Part shown: positions 31,500-39,835 of the stretch, in pieces
Layout of the letters: each line of letters begins with the position of its first letter
Numbering within the stretch: position 1 is the first letter of the stretch
From: a virus
Length of the DNA stretch: 64,000 nt
IMG/VR virus record: IMGVR_UViG_3300021093_000007
Strand: one strand, 5' to 3'
Notes under the pieces: generated by a model
Database searches by the model: none
Told to the model about the DNA's origin: nothing
What the model saw: only the letters and a program-made list of their open reading frames with translations
Translations under genes and position numbers: made by a program

Positions 31500-32008
31500 A
31501 CATTTTTGTAACCTCTCCTTGGCCTGCTGAAAGTGCTGTCTGTCTTCCTGACAAACACATTGTCAAAATGCCATTAGAGTGCTGTCAGATGCTCTCTATC
31601 GTGGCATCTGACAAATGGGGACATGGATACGGAACTCTTCCAAAGTCTGATGGAACGCCATATAAGACAGAGAAAGGAGCATTCCGCAATCATCCATGCA
31701 CCAAATGGGCAATGGAAACGATCCATAATGCCTATTGGTTAATCAAGTGGGGTCTTAACTTGTCAGATGAGTATGCCCTTCGTTACAATAAGATTCACTC
31801 TTGCTATAAAACACTTGTGGATGCTTATTATCTCTTTCCTAAGGGGAAGGTTACTGAAGTAACATCGTTTGCGAGAGCAATGCCAGATGAGTATAAACTT
31901 GACACAAGCATTGACACTTTTACTGCTTACAAGATGTATATCGCATCCAAACCTTGGGTTGCATCTAATTATCTTCGTATGCCAGAACGAAAACCTGAAT
32001 GGGTATAA
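31496..32008 (+). CDS. pyrimidine-dimer DNA glycosylase family-like protein
   Basis: MNIF...DKHIVKMPLECCQMLS, HPCTKW, AMPDEYK. Confidence 0.65.
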   Translation: MNIFVTSPWPAESAVCLPDKHIVKMPLECCQMLSIVASDKWGHGYGTLPKSDGTPYKTEKGAFRNHPCTKWAMETIHNAYWLIKWGLNLSDEYALRYNKIHSCYKTLVDAYYLFPKGKVTEVTSFARAMPDEYKLDTSIDTFTAYKMYIASKPWVASNYLRMPERKPEWV

Positions 32009-32010
32009 TC

Positions 32011-32268
32011 ATGTCAAGTACTGATAAATTTATTCACCCACAATATCCAAGACTTAGTTGGTTAAGAATTGTTGGTAATTCTTTTTTTATTTTCGGATAT
32101 GCAGTAATTCTATTTAATAGTGTTCAATTTGGAATTTATTTTCGATTATTTGGTAATCTTTTGTCTTTCCCCTATTTTTATCGAGTAAGAATGTGGGATA
32201 TGATGACTATTCGCAGTTTTTTTGCTATTATTGAATTGGTTAAGTTAATTCAGATTTTGTTTTTTTAA
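32011..32268 (+). CDS. small membrane hypothetical protein
   Basis: Hydrophobic Phe/Ile-rich helices; fills the gap before gp44. Confidence 0.6.
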   Translation: MSSTDKFIHPQYPRLSWLRIVGNSFFIFGYAVILFNSVQFGIYFRLFGNLLSFPYFYRVRMWDMMTIRSFFAIIELVKLIQILFF

Positions 32269-32270
32269 TT

Positions 32271-33218
32271 ATGAGTCGTGATGAATTTTTGTGGGTTGAG
32301 AAGTATCGACCCAAAACAATTGAAGATTGTATTCTCCCAGAGGGAATTAAAAAAACATTTAAAGATTTTCTAAATAAAGGTGAAGTGCCTAATTTACTTC
32401 TTGCTGGACCTGCTGGATGCGGCAAGACAACAGTAGCAAAAGCACTCTGTAATGAACTTGGGGTAGATGTTTATGTCATCAATGGATCCGATGAGGGTAG
32501 ATTCCTCGATACTGTCCGAAACAATGCGAAGAACTTCGCTTCGACCGTCTCACTTTCGTCAACTGCTAAACACAAAGTCATCCTCATTGATGAGGCAGAT
32601 AACACAACCAACGATGTACAACTCCTCCTACGGGCGTCTATTGAGGAATTTGCTAACAACTGCCGATTCATCTTCACCTGTAACTACAAAAACAAAATCA
32701 TCGAACCCCTCCACTCACGATGTGCCGTTGTGGAGTTTGGAATCAAGTCAAAAGAAAAACCAAAACTTGCTGCGTCATTTTTTACAAGACTTCAAGATAT
32801 TCTTCAAAAAGAATCTATCCAATATGATCAAAAAGTATTGATTGAATTGGTTAATAAACACTTCCCAGATTGGAGGAGAGTTCTTAATGAGTGCCAACGC
32901 TACGCTGTTGGTGGAAAGATTGACACAGGAATTCTTGCATCATTCTCTGATACTAATGTCAATGAACTTATTAAAAATCTCAAAACTAAAAACTTTACTG
33001 AAGTCCGAAAGTGGGTGGTCGGGAACTTGGACAACGATGCTAGTAGTTTACTTCGCAGGGTTTATGACACCGCTATTGATGATCTTTCACCAGCATCTAT
33101 CCCTGCTGCCGTTCTTGTTATTGCTAAGTATCAATACCAATGTGCGTTCGTGGCTGACCAAGAAATAAATCTCCTTGCAGCATTGACTGAACTTATGGTG
33201 GAGTGTGAATTCAAATGA
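32271..33218 (+). CDS. gp44: clamp loader large subunit gp44
   Basis: LWVEKYRP, GPAGCGKT, IDEAD, PLHSRC. Confidence 0.97.
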   Translation: MSRDEFLWVEKYRPKTIEDCILPEGIKKTFKDFLNKGEVPNLLLAGPAGCGKTTVAKALCNELGVDVYVINGSDEGRFLDTVRNNAKNFASTVSLSSTAKHKVILIDEADNTTNDVQLLLRASIEEFANNCRFIFTCNYKNKIIEPLHSRCAVVEFGIKSKEKPKLAASFFTRLQDILQKESIQYDQKVLIELVNKHFPDWRRVLNECQRYAVGGKIDTGILASFSDTNVNELIKNLKTKNFTEVRKWVVGNLDNDASSLLRRVYDTAIDDLSPASIPAAVLVIAKYQYQCAFVADQEINLLAALTELMVECEFK

Positions 33219-33376
33219 AAAACAAACATAATCAAGTAAAATCTAAATGGTATTATATTTTTTGGGGATCAATGGCAGTTGCCGTTGTTACTGGTCAGGT
33301 GTATATTGGTCTAGGTTATAAAGAAATGGCAAATGCCTTTAAATCAATTCAAATTCATGTAGGATGTTCACAATGA
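33215..33376 (+). CDS. small single-TM hypothetical protein (53 aa, not in ORF track)
   Basis: MKNKHNQVKSKWYYIFWGSMAVAVVTGQVYIGLGY...; ATGA overlaps at both ends. Confidence 0.65.
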   Translation: MKNKHNQVKSKWYYIFWGSMAVAVVTGQVYIGLGYKEMANAFKSIQIHVGCSQ

Positions 33377-33660
33377 ATGTAAAACTTATTAGACTGAATA
33401 GCGGTGAAGATGTTATCGCTGATTTGATTAGTCAATCTGATGAAGACCTTGTTATCTCAAATCCAATCGTTGCTGTTCCTTCTGGTAGGGGTGAACTGGG
33501 ATTTGCACCATGGTCGCCTCTTCTCAGTAAAGATGTAAAAGAGATTACGATTAATAGGCATTACATCGTTTACATTTCTGAGACTCAAGATCAAATTGTT
33601 GAACAATACAATCAAATCTTTAGTCCTATTATCACACCTAACAAACAACTGTCCCTTTGA
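33373..33660 (+). CDS. conserved hypothetical protein (Sm-like fold family)
   Basis: MNVKLIRLNSGEDVIA...NPI...FAPWSP...QYNQIFSPIITP. Confidence 0.8.
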   Translation: MNVKLIRLNSGEDVIADLISQSDEDLVISNPIVAVPSGRGELGFAPWSPLLSKDVKEITINRHYIVYISETQDQIVEQYNQIFSPIITPNKQLSL

Positions 33661-33676
33661 TTTTTTTTATTTTATT

Positions 33677-34234
33677 ATGAGTATTGATTTTTCTCGCGTT
33701 AATTTTGAAAGATTTTTTGGATGGGTAAATGCATCCAATACAAAACAAATGAAAAGTTCCTCCTTTAGGGGACTTCGCGCCCACTATACTGAGAAATCTT
33801 TTTGTAAGTGGTCTGATGATCAATTGACCCATGTGGGACTTTTTGATAATGGTAGAGATTTTATTATAAAAGAAACTGGCGAATCTGTTGAAATGAAAAG
33901 TCAACTTAGCATGTTTAAGACAAAGAAAGGTTATCATGGCGACTGCAAATCATTTGTACTGAAAAATTTTCATCCTTCTAACAAAGACAGGAAAAACTGG
34001 AAGAAAGAAGATTTAATTAAAACATTTGATTACTTGCTTTTAATTGATACGAAATCCATGTCTGTGGGTTATACTACCTGGGATAAAGTTTACGAATGTG
34101 TCGATGAGACTGCAAATGATCCCAAATGTATATTGAAGAAGGGTGATTATACTTTAATTGTTGACAACGTTACTCCTGCCGAAAAAGATTGTGATGTTGA
34201 TGGTATGTTTTCTTCGATTGAGGAGCATCTTTGA
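33677..34234 (+). CDS. putative PD-(D/E)XK endonuclease
   Basis: E...GRDF...SVEMKS, TFDYLLLID; stop overlaps dam start. Confidence 0.5.
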   Translation: MSIDFSRVNFERFFGWVNASNTKQMKSSSFRGLRAHYTEKSFCKWSDDQLTHVGLFDNGRDFIIKETGESVEMKSQLSMFKTKKGYHGDCKSFVLKNFHPSNKDRKNWKKEDLIKTFDYLLLIDTKSMSVGYTTWDKVYECVDETANDPKCILKKGDYTLIVDNVTPAEKDCDVDGMFSSIEEHL

Positions 34235-35076
34235 TGAAATCTCTTAAGACGCCTTTGAGGTATCCAGGTGGTAAGTCCCGTGCTTGCGTCAAGATGGATC
34301 CTTACTTTCCTGACCTTCGCAACTATGATGAATTCCGTGAACCATTTCTTGGGGGAGGAAGTGTTGCGATTTATATCACAAAAAAATATCCTTACCTAGA
34401 TATTTGGGTGAACGATTTGTATGAACCCCTAGTAAATTTCTGGCAGCAACTCCAGATGTTTGGATATGAGATAAAAAGTGAACTTGTTGATCTGAAGAAA
34501 GCAAATAATACTCCAGACAAAGCAAGAGAACTTTTCCTCCAATCAAAGGAACGGATCAATGACAAAACCGTGTCAAATTTTGATCGTGCTGTGGATTTCT
34601 ATGTTGTCAATAAATGTTCTTTTTCTGGTCTCACAGAGAGTTCATCATTTTCAGAACAAGCCTCCAATGCCAACTTTAGTTTGCGGGGCATCGAAAAATT
34701 GCCTGCGTATTCTGAATTAATCGCAAATTGGCGTATAACTAATTACTCCTACGATTATCTAATGGATGGAAACATGGGTGCTTTTATGTATCTCGATCCT
34801 CCTTATGATATTAAGGATAATCTCTATGGGCGTAAGGGATCAATGCACAAAGGATTTGATCACGATAAGTTTGCTGCTGACTGCGATGCTAATCCTATGG
34901 ACCAAATGATTAGTTATAATTCGGATCAATTAGTAAAAGAAAGATTTAAAGGTTGGTTTGCAGCAGAATTTGATTTGACTTATACAATGCGTTCTGTTGG
35001 TGAATATATGCGTGAGCAAAAAACTAGAAAAGAATTGCTTTTGATGAATTATGAAATGTCAGGTAACCTTGTATAA
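34234..35076 (+). CDS. dam: DNA adenine methyltransferase (Dam/D12 class)
   Basis: LRYPGGKS, EPFLGGGSV, YLDPPY. Confidence 0.95.
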   Translation: MKSLKTPLRYPGGKSRACVKMDPYFPDLRNYDEFREPFLGGGSVAIYITKKYPYLDIWVNDLYEPLVNFWQQLQMFGYEIKSELVDLKKANNTPDKARELFLQSKERINDKTVSNFDRAVDFYVVNKCSFSGLTESSSFSEQASNANFSLRGIEKLPAYSELIANWRITNYSYDYLMDGNMGAFMYLDPPYDIKDNLYGRKGSMHKGFDHDKFAADCDANPMDQMISYNSDQLVKERFKGWFAAEFDLTYTMRSVGEYMREQKTRKELLLMNYEMSGNLV

Positions 35077-35191
35077 GGCAGGAACTGTCTTTAAGGAAGA
35101 GGTGATTGCAAAGGATTATCAAGATGCGAGACAAGTTGCTCTTGCTCGTAATCCTGGTGCAAAAGTTGTTAGTGTAACGTTTGTATTTTAA
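35051..35191 (+). CDS. small conserved hypothetical protein (46 aa, not in ORF track)
   Basis: MKCQVTLYKAGTVFKEEVIAKDYQDARQVALARNPGAKVVSV, recognisable cyanophage small ORF. Confidence 0.75.
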   Translation: MKCQVTLYKAGTVFKEEVIAKDYQDARQVALARNPGAKVVSVTFVF

Positions 35192-35204
35192 TAGGAGAAT
35201 TGTT

Positions 35205-35921
35205 ATGTTTAGTTATGACTATAGATTTACCCCACATATTAATCCTGGAATAATCGAATTTAAACTATACAAATACCATATGGATTTGTTGTGGTCGTAT
35301 ATTAAAAAATCCACAGTCAATGATGGTTGGGAAATTGATAAAGATAATAATGTTGTTAAAAGAGGACCTTATCAACAATGGTCTCTTTATGATACAACTA
35401 GACTTTTTGAGAATGAAGTATTAGTCCCTGCAGTTAATGCTTATATTGAACGTTGGGGATTTCCAATGACATGTAAATCTACACATTATCCAGTTCCTCG
35501 CCTTCATAGATTTTGGACTAGAATTTCAAAAGCTGGGGAGTATCAACCAATGCACTTTCATCAGTCTATTTGGAGTTTTATTATTTGGATGAAAATACCT
35601 TTTGAGCATCAAGATGAACAAACAGAAGAACTTACAGAGTTATATCCAGAATCTGGAAATATGACCATCTGTTATCTTGATTCTATTGGAAGACTTGCAA
35701 AACAACCCTTTAGGTTAGGTAAAGAATATGAAGGAACTATGCTTTTGTTTCCTGGAGATTTTAATCACATAGTTTATCCATTTCATACCAGTGATGAATA
35801 TAGAATTAGTATTGCGGGGGATATTTCAGTTGATAGTATGCAAACTGCTGAACCGCTACCTGTAAATAGTTCTGGTGATTTTAAATATAGTAATTTTTAC
35901 GATAATAATGAGGAAGTTTGA
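35205..35921 (+). CDS. putative 2OG-Fe(II) oxygenase (paralog A)
   Basis: YQPMHFH...SFIIW...LLFPGDFNHIVYP...YRISIAGD; AGGAG RBS. Confidence 0.75.
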   Translation: MFSYDYRFTPHINPGIIEFKLYKYHMDLLWSYIKKSTVNDGWEIDKDNNVVKRGPYQQWSLYDTTRLFENEVLVPAVNAYIERWGFPMTCKSTHYPVPRLHRFWTRISKAGEYQPMHFHQSIWSFIIWMKIPFEHQDEQTEELTELYPESGNMTICYLDSIGRLAKQPFRLGKEYEGTMLLFPGDFNHIVYPFHTSDEYRISIAGDISVDSMQTAEPLPVNSSGDFKYSNFYDNNEEV

Positions 35922-36632
35922 ATGACTTACGAATATAGTTACACTGATCACATCAATCCTGGAATACTTAGTTTTAAACTAAGTAAGGAAGATATGGATA
36001 TGATTTGGGGTTATATTAAAAAATCTGCATATAAAGGATGGACATTTGATGAGAATAATAAAGTCATTACAAATGCAAAACATCAACAGTGGTCTCTATA
36101 TGATACCACTAGAAAATTTGAACATGAAATTTTAATTCCTGCAGTAAATTCATATGTTGATAAGTGGGGATACCCAATTAATATAAAAAATACACATTGG
36201 CCTATTCCAGAATTTAATAGATTTTGGTGTAGATTTTCAAATTCTAGTGAATATCAAAGTCTTCATGATCACCAAGCTGTTTGGAGTTTTGTAATTTGGA
36301 TGAATATTCCAACCTCTTGGGAAGACGAGCAAGAAGGAAAACTTGGAGAATCTCATCCATGTGCATCTAATTTTTGTTTTTGTTATACTGATTCTGTTGG
36401 TCGTATAAGACAACAAACCTATAAATTAGATAGAAGTGGTGAAGGAACCATGCTACTTTTTCCAAGTGACTTTTTACACCAAGTATATCCTCATTTTACA
36501 TCTAAAGAGTTTAGAGTAAGTGTCGCTGGCGATGTTGCAATATCTAGCATGATGCATTTGGAACAAATTCCAACCATGACCCCAGCAGACCTTGAAGCAA
36601 GAAACTTTATTGATATTGTGCGAGATGACTGA
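35922..36632 (+). CDS. putative 2OG-Fe(II) oxygenase (paralog B)
   Basis: YQSLHDH...SFVIW...LLFPSDFLHQVYP...FRVSVAGD; tandem paralog of A. Confidence 0.75.
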   Translation: MTYEYSYTDHINPGILSFKLSKEDMDMIWGYIKKSAYKGWTFDENNKVITNAKHQQWSLYDTTRKFEHEILIPAVNSYVDKWGYPINIKNTHWPIPEFNRFWCRFSNSSEYQSLHDHQAVWSFVIWMNIPTSWEDEQEGKLGESHPCASNFCFCYTDSVGRIRQQTYKLDRSGEGTMLLFPSDFLHQVYPHFTSKEFRVSVAGDVAISSMMHLEQIPTMTPADLEARNFIDIVRDD

Positions 36633-37011
36633 ATTAAAAGATTGGTTGAATTCAATTAATAATACAAAAGATAATTTAGTGTCTGATGATCCAACTTTAA
36701 TTAAAAGTTATCCACCCTATATTATTAATAGGTGTTTATCATCACATATTGATGCGATCCTCTTTGCGAATGAGATGAATAAAAATCATCACCTTGATAA
36801 AGAACTGCAATATTCTTTTTATCTAAATAGTTTGAGGAAAAAGAAGAGATTCTCTCCTTGGCTCCGAAAGGATAAAGTTAACGACCTTGATATTGTAAAA
36901 CAATACTATAATTATAGTAATGACAAAGCAATGCAAGCACTGAAGATTTTATCTAGAGAACAACTGGATTTTATTAAACAAAGACTTGATACTGGTGGAA
37001 CAAACAAATGA
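36625..37011 (+). CDS. gp62: clamp loader small subunit gp62
   Basis: ELKDWLNSIN, YPPYIINRCLS, RKKKRFSPW. Confidence 0.93.
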   Translation: MTELKDWLNSINNTKDNLVSDDPTLIKSYPPYIINRCLSSHIDAILFANEMNKNHHLDKELQYSFYLNSLRKKKRFSPWLRKDKVNDLDIVKQYYNYSNDKAMQALKILSREQLDFIKQRLDTGGTNK

Positions 37012-37448
37012 CTAATAATACTATTGAACCTCAGGTTAATTGGACACCTAATATGATGGTGGAGGTCGTTCTAAATGAACCTGATGATTTTCTTAAAGTT
37101 CGTGAAACTTTAACTCGCATCGGAGTTGCATCGCGCAAGGAAAAAAAACTCTATCAATCTTGCCACATTCTTCACAAGCAAGGTAGATATTATATTACTC
37201 ACTTTAAAGAACTGTTTGCTCTGGATGGTAAACATGCAAATCTTACTGTGAATGATATTCAGAGAAGAAATAGAATTGCAAGACTTCTTTCAGACTGGGG
37301 TCTGATTAGTGTTGTGAATGGAGATTCTATTAGCGACATCGCACCTTTGAATCAAATTAAAGTTCTCTCTTACAAGGACAAGGGGGATTGGATCTTAGAG
37401 CAAAAATATAATATTGGATCTAAGAAAAAACCATCTGTCGATGAATGA
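37008..37448 (+). CDS. regA: translational repressor RegA
   Basis: DDFLKVRETLTRIGVASR, LYQSCHILHKQGRYYITHFKELF. Confidence 0.98.
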   Translation: MTNNTIEPQVNWTPNMMVEVVLNEPDDFLKVRETLTRIGVASRKEKKLYQSCHILHKQGRYYITHFKELFALDGKHANLTVNDIQRRNRIARLLSDWGLISVVNGDSISDIAPLNQIKVLSYKDKGDWILEQKYNIGSKKKPSVDE

Positions 37449-37453
37449 TTCTG

Positions 37454-37488
37454 GAGGGGTTGACACCCCTCTTTTTTTGTGGTATGAT
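37454..37488 (+). promoter_or_regulatory. regA terminator hairpin whose loop region carries the -35 box of a sigma70 promoter
   Basis: GAGGGGT-TGAC-ACCCCTC-TTTTTTT; TTGACA 37460-65, N17, TATGAT 37483-88 with extended TG. Confidence 0.8.
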
Positions 37489-37552
37489 AAATGAATCGAT
37501 ATAAAACTTTTGTTTAAATGTCGATAAAAAGCAAACTTGCTATTTTTCAATC

Positions 37553-38560
37553 ATGTCTCAAATCATTTCTTTTTACACGAATAGTGTAACAAATTGGAGT
37601 GCAGTGCTATCTAACTCCACCTTTAAATCTCTAGAACCTCCAGTATTTGCTTGTGCAGATTATATCCAGATTGAAGTAAAAAACTGGATTGATCTTAATA
37701 TTCAACAACCAACAAACAAAGCACGATCTGGCGGTGTTGATACAAATAACATTAATGGACTAATTCCCGAACTTCAGTCTGGATATCGTGTTACGGAACT
37801 TCCACCAATTTTAATGATTCTTCCAAATGGAGATCAAGAAGTTTGGGATGGATACAATCGGTATAACGCATGTTATGAACTTGGAATTCCTGACTATCCG
37901 TTTTTAGTTTATCGTTTAAAAGAAGATTGGGTAACTTCTTTGGAAGATGCCTATGATATTGTCGCTCTTGGTGCTAATAATCATAGAGTAGCGAAACGTC
38001 ATACAATTAACGATTTTGTGAATCGTGGTGTTTGTTATTGCAAGCGTCATGGTAGTAACCTTTCAAAAAATGAAATCAAAACCTGGGTGGATTCTATCAG
38101 CAATACATTTACACCTAAGCAAATAAGTGATATTGTTGACAAAGTTTATCAACAAACTACTATTGCTGTGAACATTGCTCCATATGTTCACCCTAAAAAT
38201 GCTCAACAAAAAGTATCTGAAATTGTTCAGACTGGATCTTCTATAAACCCAGTAATTATTTGTTGTAAAGAAGATACTTATATTGAACGCGGATTTCTTC
38301 AGATTATGAAAAATCTCGTTGAAAATGGTATTTCCGAAACTGATGTTGTAACTTACACCAAAGGATGTGAAACTGCGGAAGAAGTGGTAAAGCAACGTCA
38401 ATCGGCCGTTGAATACTTAAAAAAACTCGATGCACTTGTTATACAGTATGTTACAAAAAGATTTACTTCACAATTGCCATCTTATACAATTTCAGGATCT
38501 CTTCCACAACTTATTGGAATCGAAGATCCTCAATCTTTAGTTAATTCTGAAAATGAGTAA
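37553..38560 (+). CDS. ParB/Srx-like domain hypothetical protein
   Basis: LPPILM...EVWDGYNRYNACYELG resembles ParB DGxHR motif; own promoter and terminator. Confidence 0.6.
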   Translation: MSQIISFYTNSVTNWSAVLSNSTFKSLEPPVFACADYIQIEVKNWIDLNIQQPTNKARSGGVDTNNINGLIPELQSGYRVTELPPILMILPNGDQEVWDGYNRYNACYELGIPDYPFLVYRLKEDWVTSLEDAYDIVALGANNHRVAKRHTINDFVNRGVCYCKRHGSNLSKNEIKTWVDSISNTFTPKQISDIVDKVYQQTTIAVNIAPYVHPKNAQQKVSEIVQTGSSINPVIICCKEDTYIERGFLQIMKNLVENGISETDVVTYTKGCETAEEVVKQRQSAVEYLKKLDALVIQYVTKRFTSQLPSYTISGSLPQLIGIEDPQSLVNSENE

Positions 38561-38576
38561 AACCGAATAAAAAGGT

Positions 38577-38601
38577 GCGGGGAATAACACCCCGCTTTTT
38601 T
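38577..38601 (+). terminator. rho-independent terminator
   Basis: GCGGGG-AATAACA-CCCCGC-TTTTTT. Confidence 0.85.
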
Positions 38602-38678
38602 ATGCTTTCTTGTATAATTAATAATGGATGCCGAAAGGGTCCACAAAACACAAACTCGCTTTTAAAGGAGCTACCATA

Positions 38679-39119
38679 ATGACTAACCTTGCAACCTCAC
38701 GGTTTACAACTGCGGATCTTCCTGCCTTGATGGATAGGATTACTCGCAATAGTATTGGAATGGATGAATATCTTGATCGATTTTTTAATATCCATGAAAC
38801 AACTTCAAATTATCCCCCATATAATCTTGTTCAAGTTAGTAACGTAGAATCACGACTTGAACTTGCACTTGCTGGATTTAAAAAGGAGGAAGTACATGTA
38901 TACACAGAGTATGGAAAACTTTTTGTCGAAGGGCAAAGGGAAGACAAGGAATCTGATACCAACTACGTCCATAAGGGACTGGCGCAACGATCCTTCAAAA
39001 GGGCATGGGCACTATCCGACGACACGGAAGTGCGGGAAGTGGCATTTGAGGATGGACTGTTAACAGTTAGACTTGGTAAGATTGTTCCTGAACATCATAC
39101 TCGTAAAGATTATCTATAA
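38679..39119 (+). CDS. hsp20: small heat shock protein Hsp20
   Basis: NYPPYNL, LALAGF, HKGLAQRSFKRAW, FEDGLL; AAGGAG RBS. Confidence 0.97.
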   Translation: MTNLATSRFTTADLPALMDRITRNSIGMDEYLDRFFNIHETTSNYPPYNLVQVSNVESRLELALAGFKKEEVHVYTEYGKLFVEGQREDKESDTNYVHKGLAQRSFKRAWALSDDTEVREVAFEDGLLTVRLGKIVPEHHTRKDYL

Positions 39120-39189
39120 ATATAATTGAATATCGTCGGCGCAAGGGTGGGGTCTGGCAAATATCAGATCTTGCCCCATTTTCTTTTTT
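39115..39189 (+). other. late promoter TATAAATA followed by a GC-rich structured element and U-tract (terminator or candidate small RNA)
   Basis: TATAAATA 39115-22; GCAAGGGTGGGGTCTG-gcaaatat-CAGATCTTGCCCCA-TTTTCTTTTTT. Confidence 0.5.
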
Positions 39190-39222
39190 GTGCTAATATT
39201 TAAATAAAGTTTTATCAAAATT

Positions 39223-39573
39223 ATGGCAATTAAATTAGCTGTTGTAAAAACAGGAGAACAGATTGTTACCAAAGTTGAGGAAATGCTTCTTGAAGATAAA
39301 GTAGTTGGATACTTCTTTATCAAACCTTGTTTGGTTGAAACCAGTGATCCAAAAGTTAATGAGGAAACTGGTAAGGCATCCTTTGACATTAAATTGAGTC
39401 CATGGATTCCACTGGGCAAGGGGATTAGATTCCCAGTTCCTCTTGACTGGATCGTTACTTTTATTGATCCAGTGGATGAACTGTATAAAATGTATACTGT
39501 AGATATTCTTAGAGAAACTGAAGAAACTCAAGAACAATCTATTATTTTAACCGATTCATGTGAGGATTGCTGA
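39223..39573 (+). CDS. conserved hypothetical protein (Sm-like fold family)
   Basis: IKLAVVKTGEQIV...KPCLV...SPWIPL...DWIVTFIDP. Confidence 0.8.
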   Translation: MAIKLAVVKTGEQIVTKVEEMLLEDKVVGYFFIKPCLVETSDPKVNEETGKASFDIKLSPWIPLGKGIRFPVPLDWIVTFIDPVDELYKMYTVDILRETEETQEQSIILTDSCEDC

Positions 39574-39574
39574 T

Positions 39575-39835
39575 ATGGCAAAAGATGCAAAGGTAATTAT
39601 TTTCCAATCTGGAGGAACTTTAATTTCTCAAATTGAAGAACTAGAATCTGCAGATCTTGGAGAACCAGATTGCAAACTTATAGAACCATTTAATATTGTT
39701 TCTGATGGAACGTTGCAACCTTGGTTAGGAGAACTGACCAAGCAGAATGAGTTCATAATTCATTCCGACAAAATCTTGACGATTGCCGAACCCAATGCTA
39801 GAATCAAAGAACTATATGAAAGCTTGACTAAGTAA
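39575..39835 (+). CDS. conserved hypothetical protein (Sm-like fold family)
   Basis: LISQIEE...GEPDCKLIEPF...LQPWL...SDKILTIAEP. Confidence 0.8.
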   Translation: MAKDAKVIIFQSGGTLISQIEELESADLGEPDCKLIEPFNIVSDGTLQPWLGELTKQNEFIIHSDKILTIAEPNARIKELYESLTK

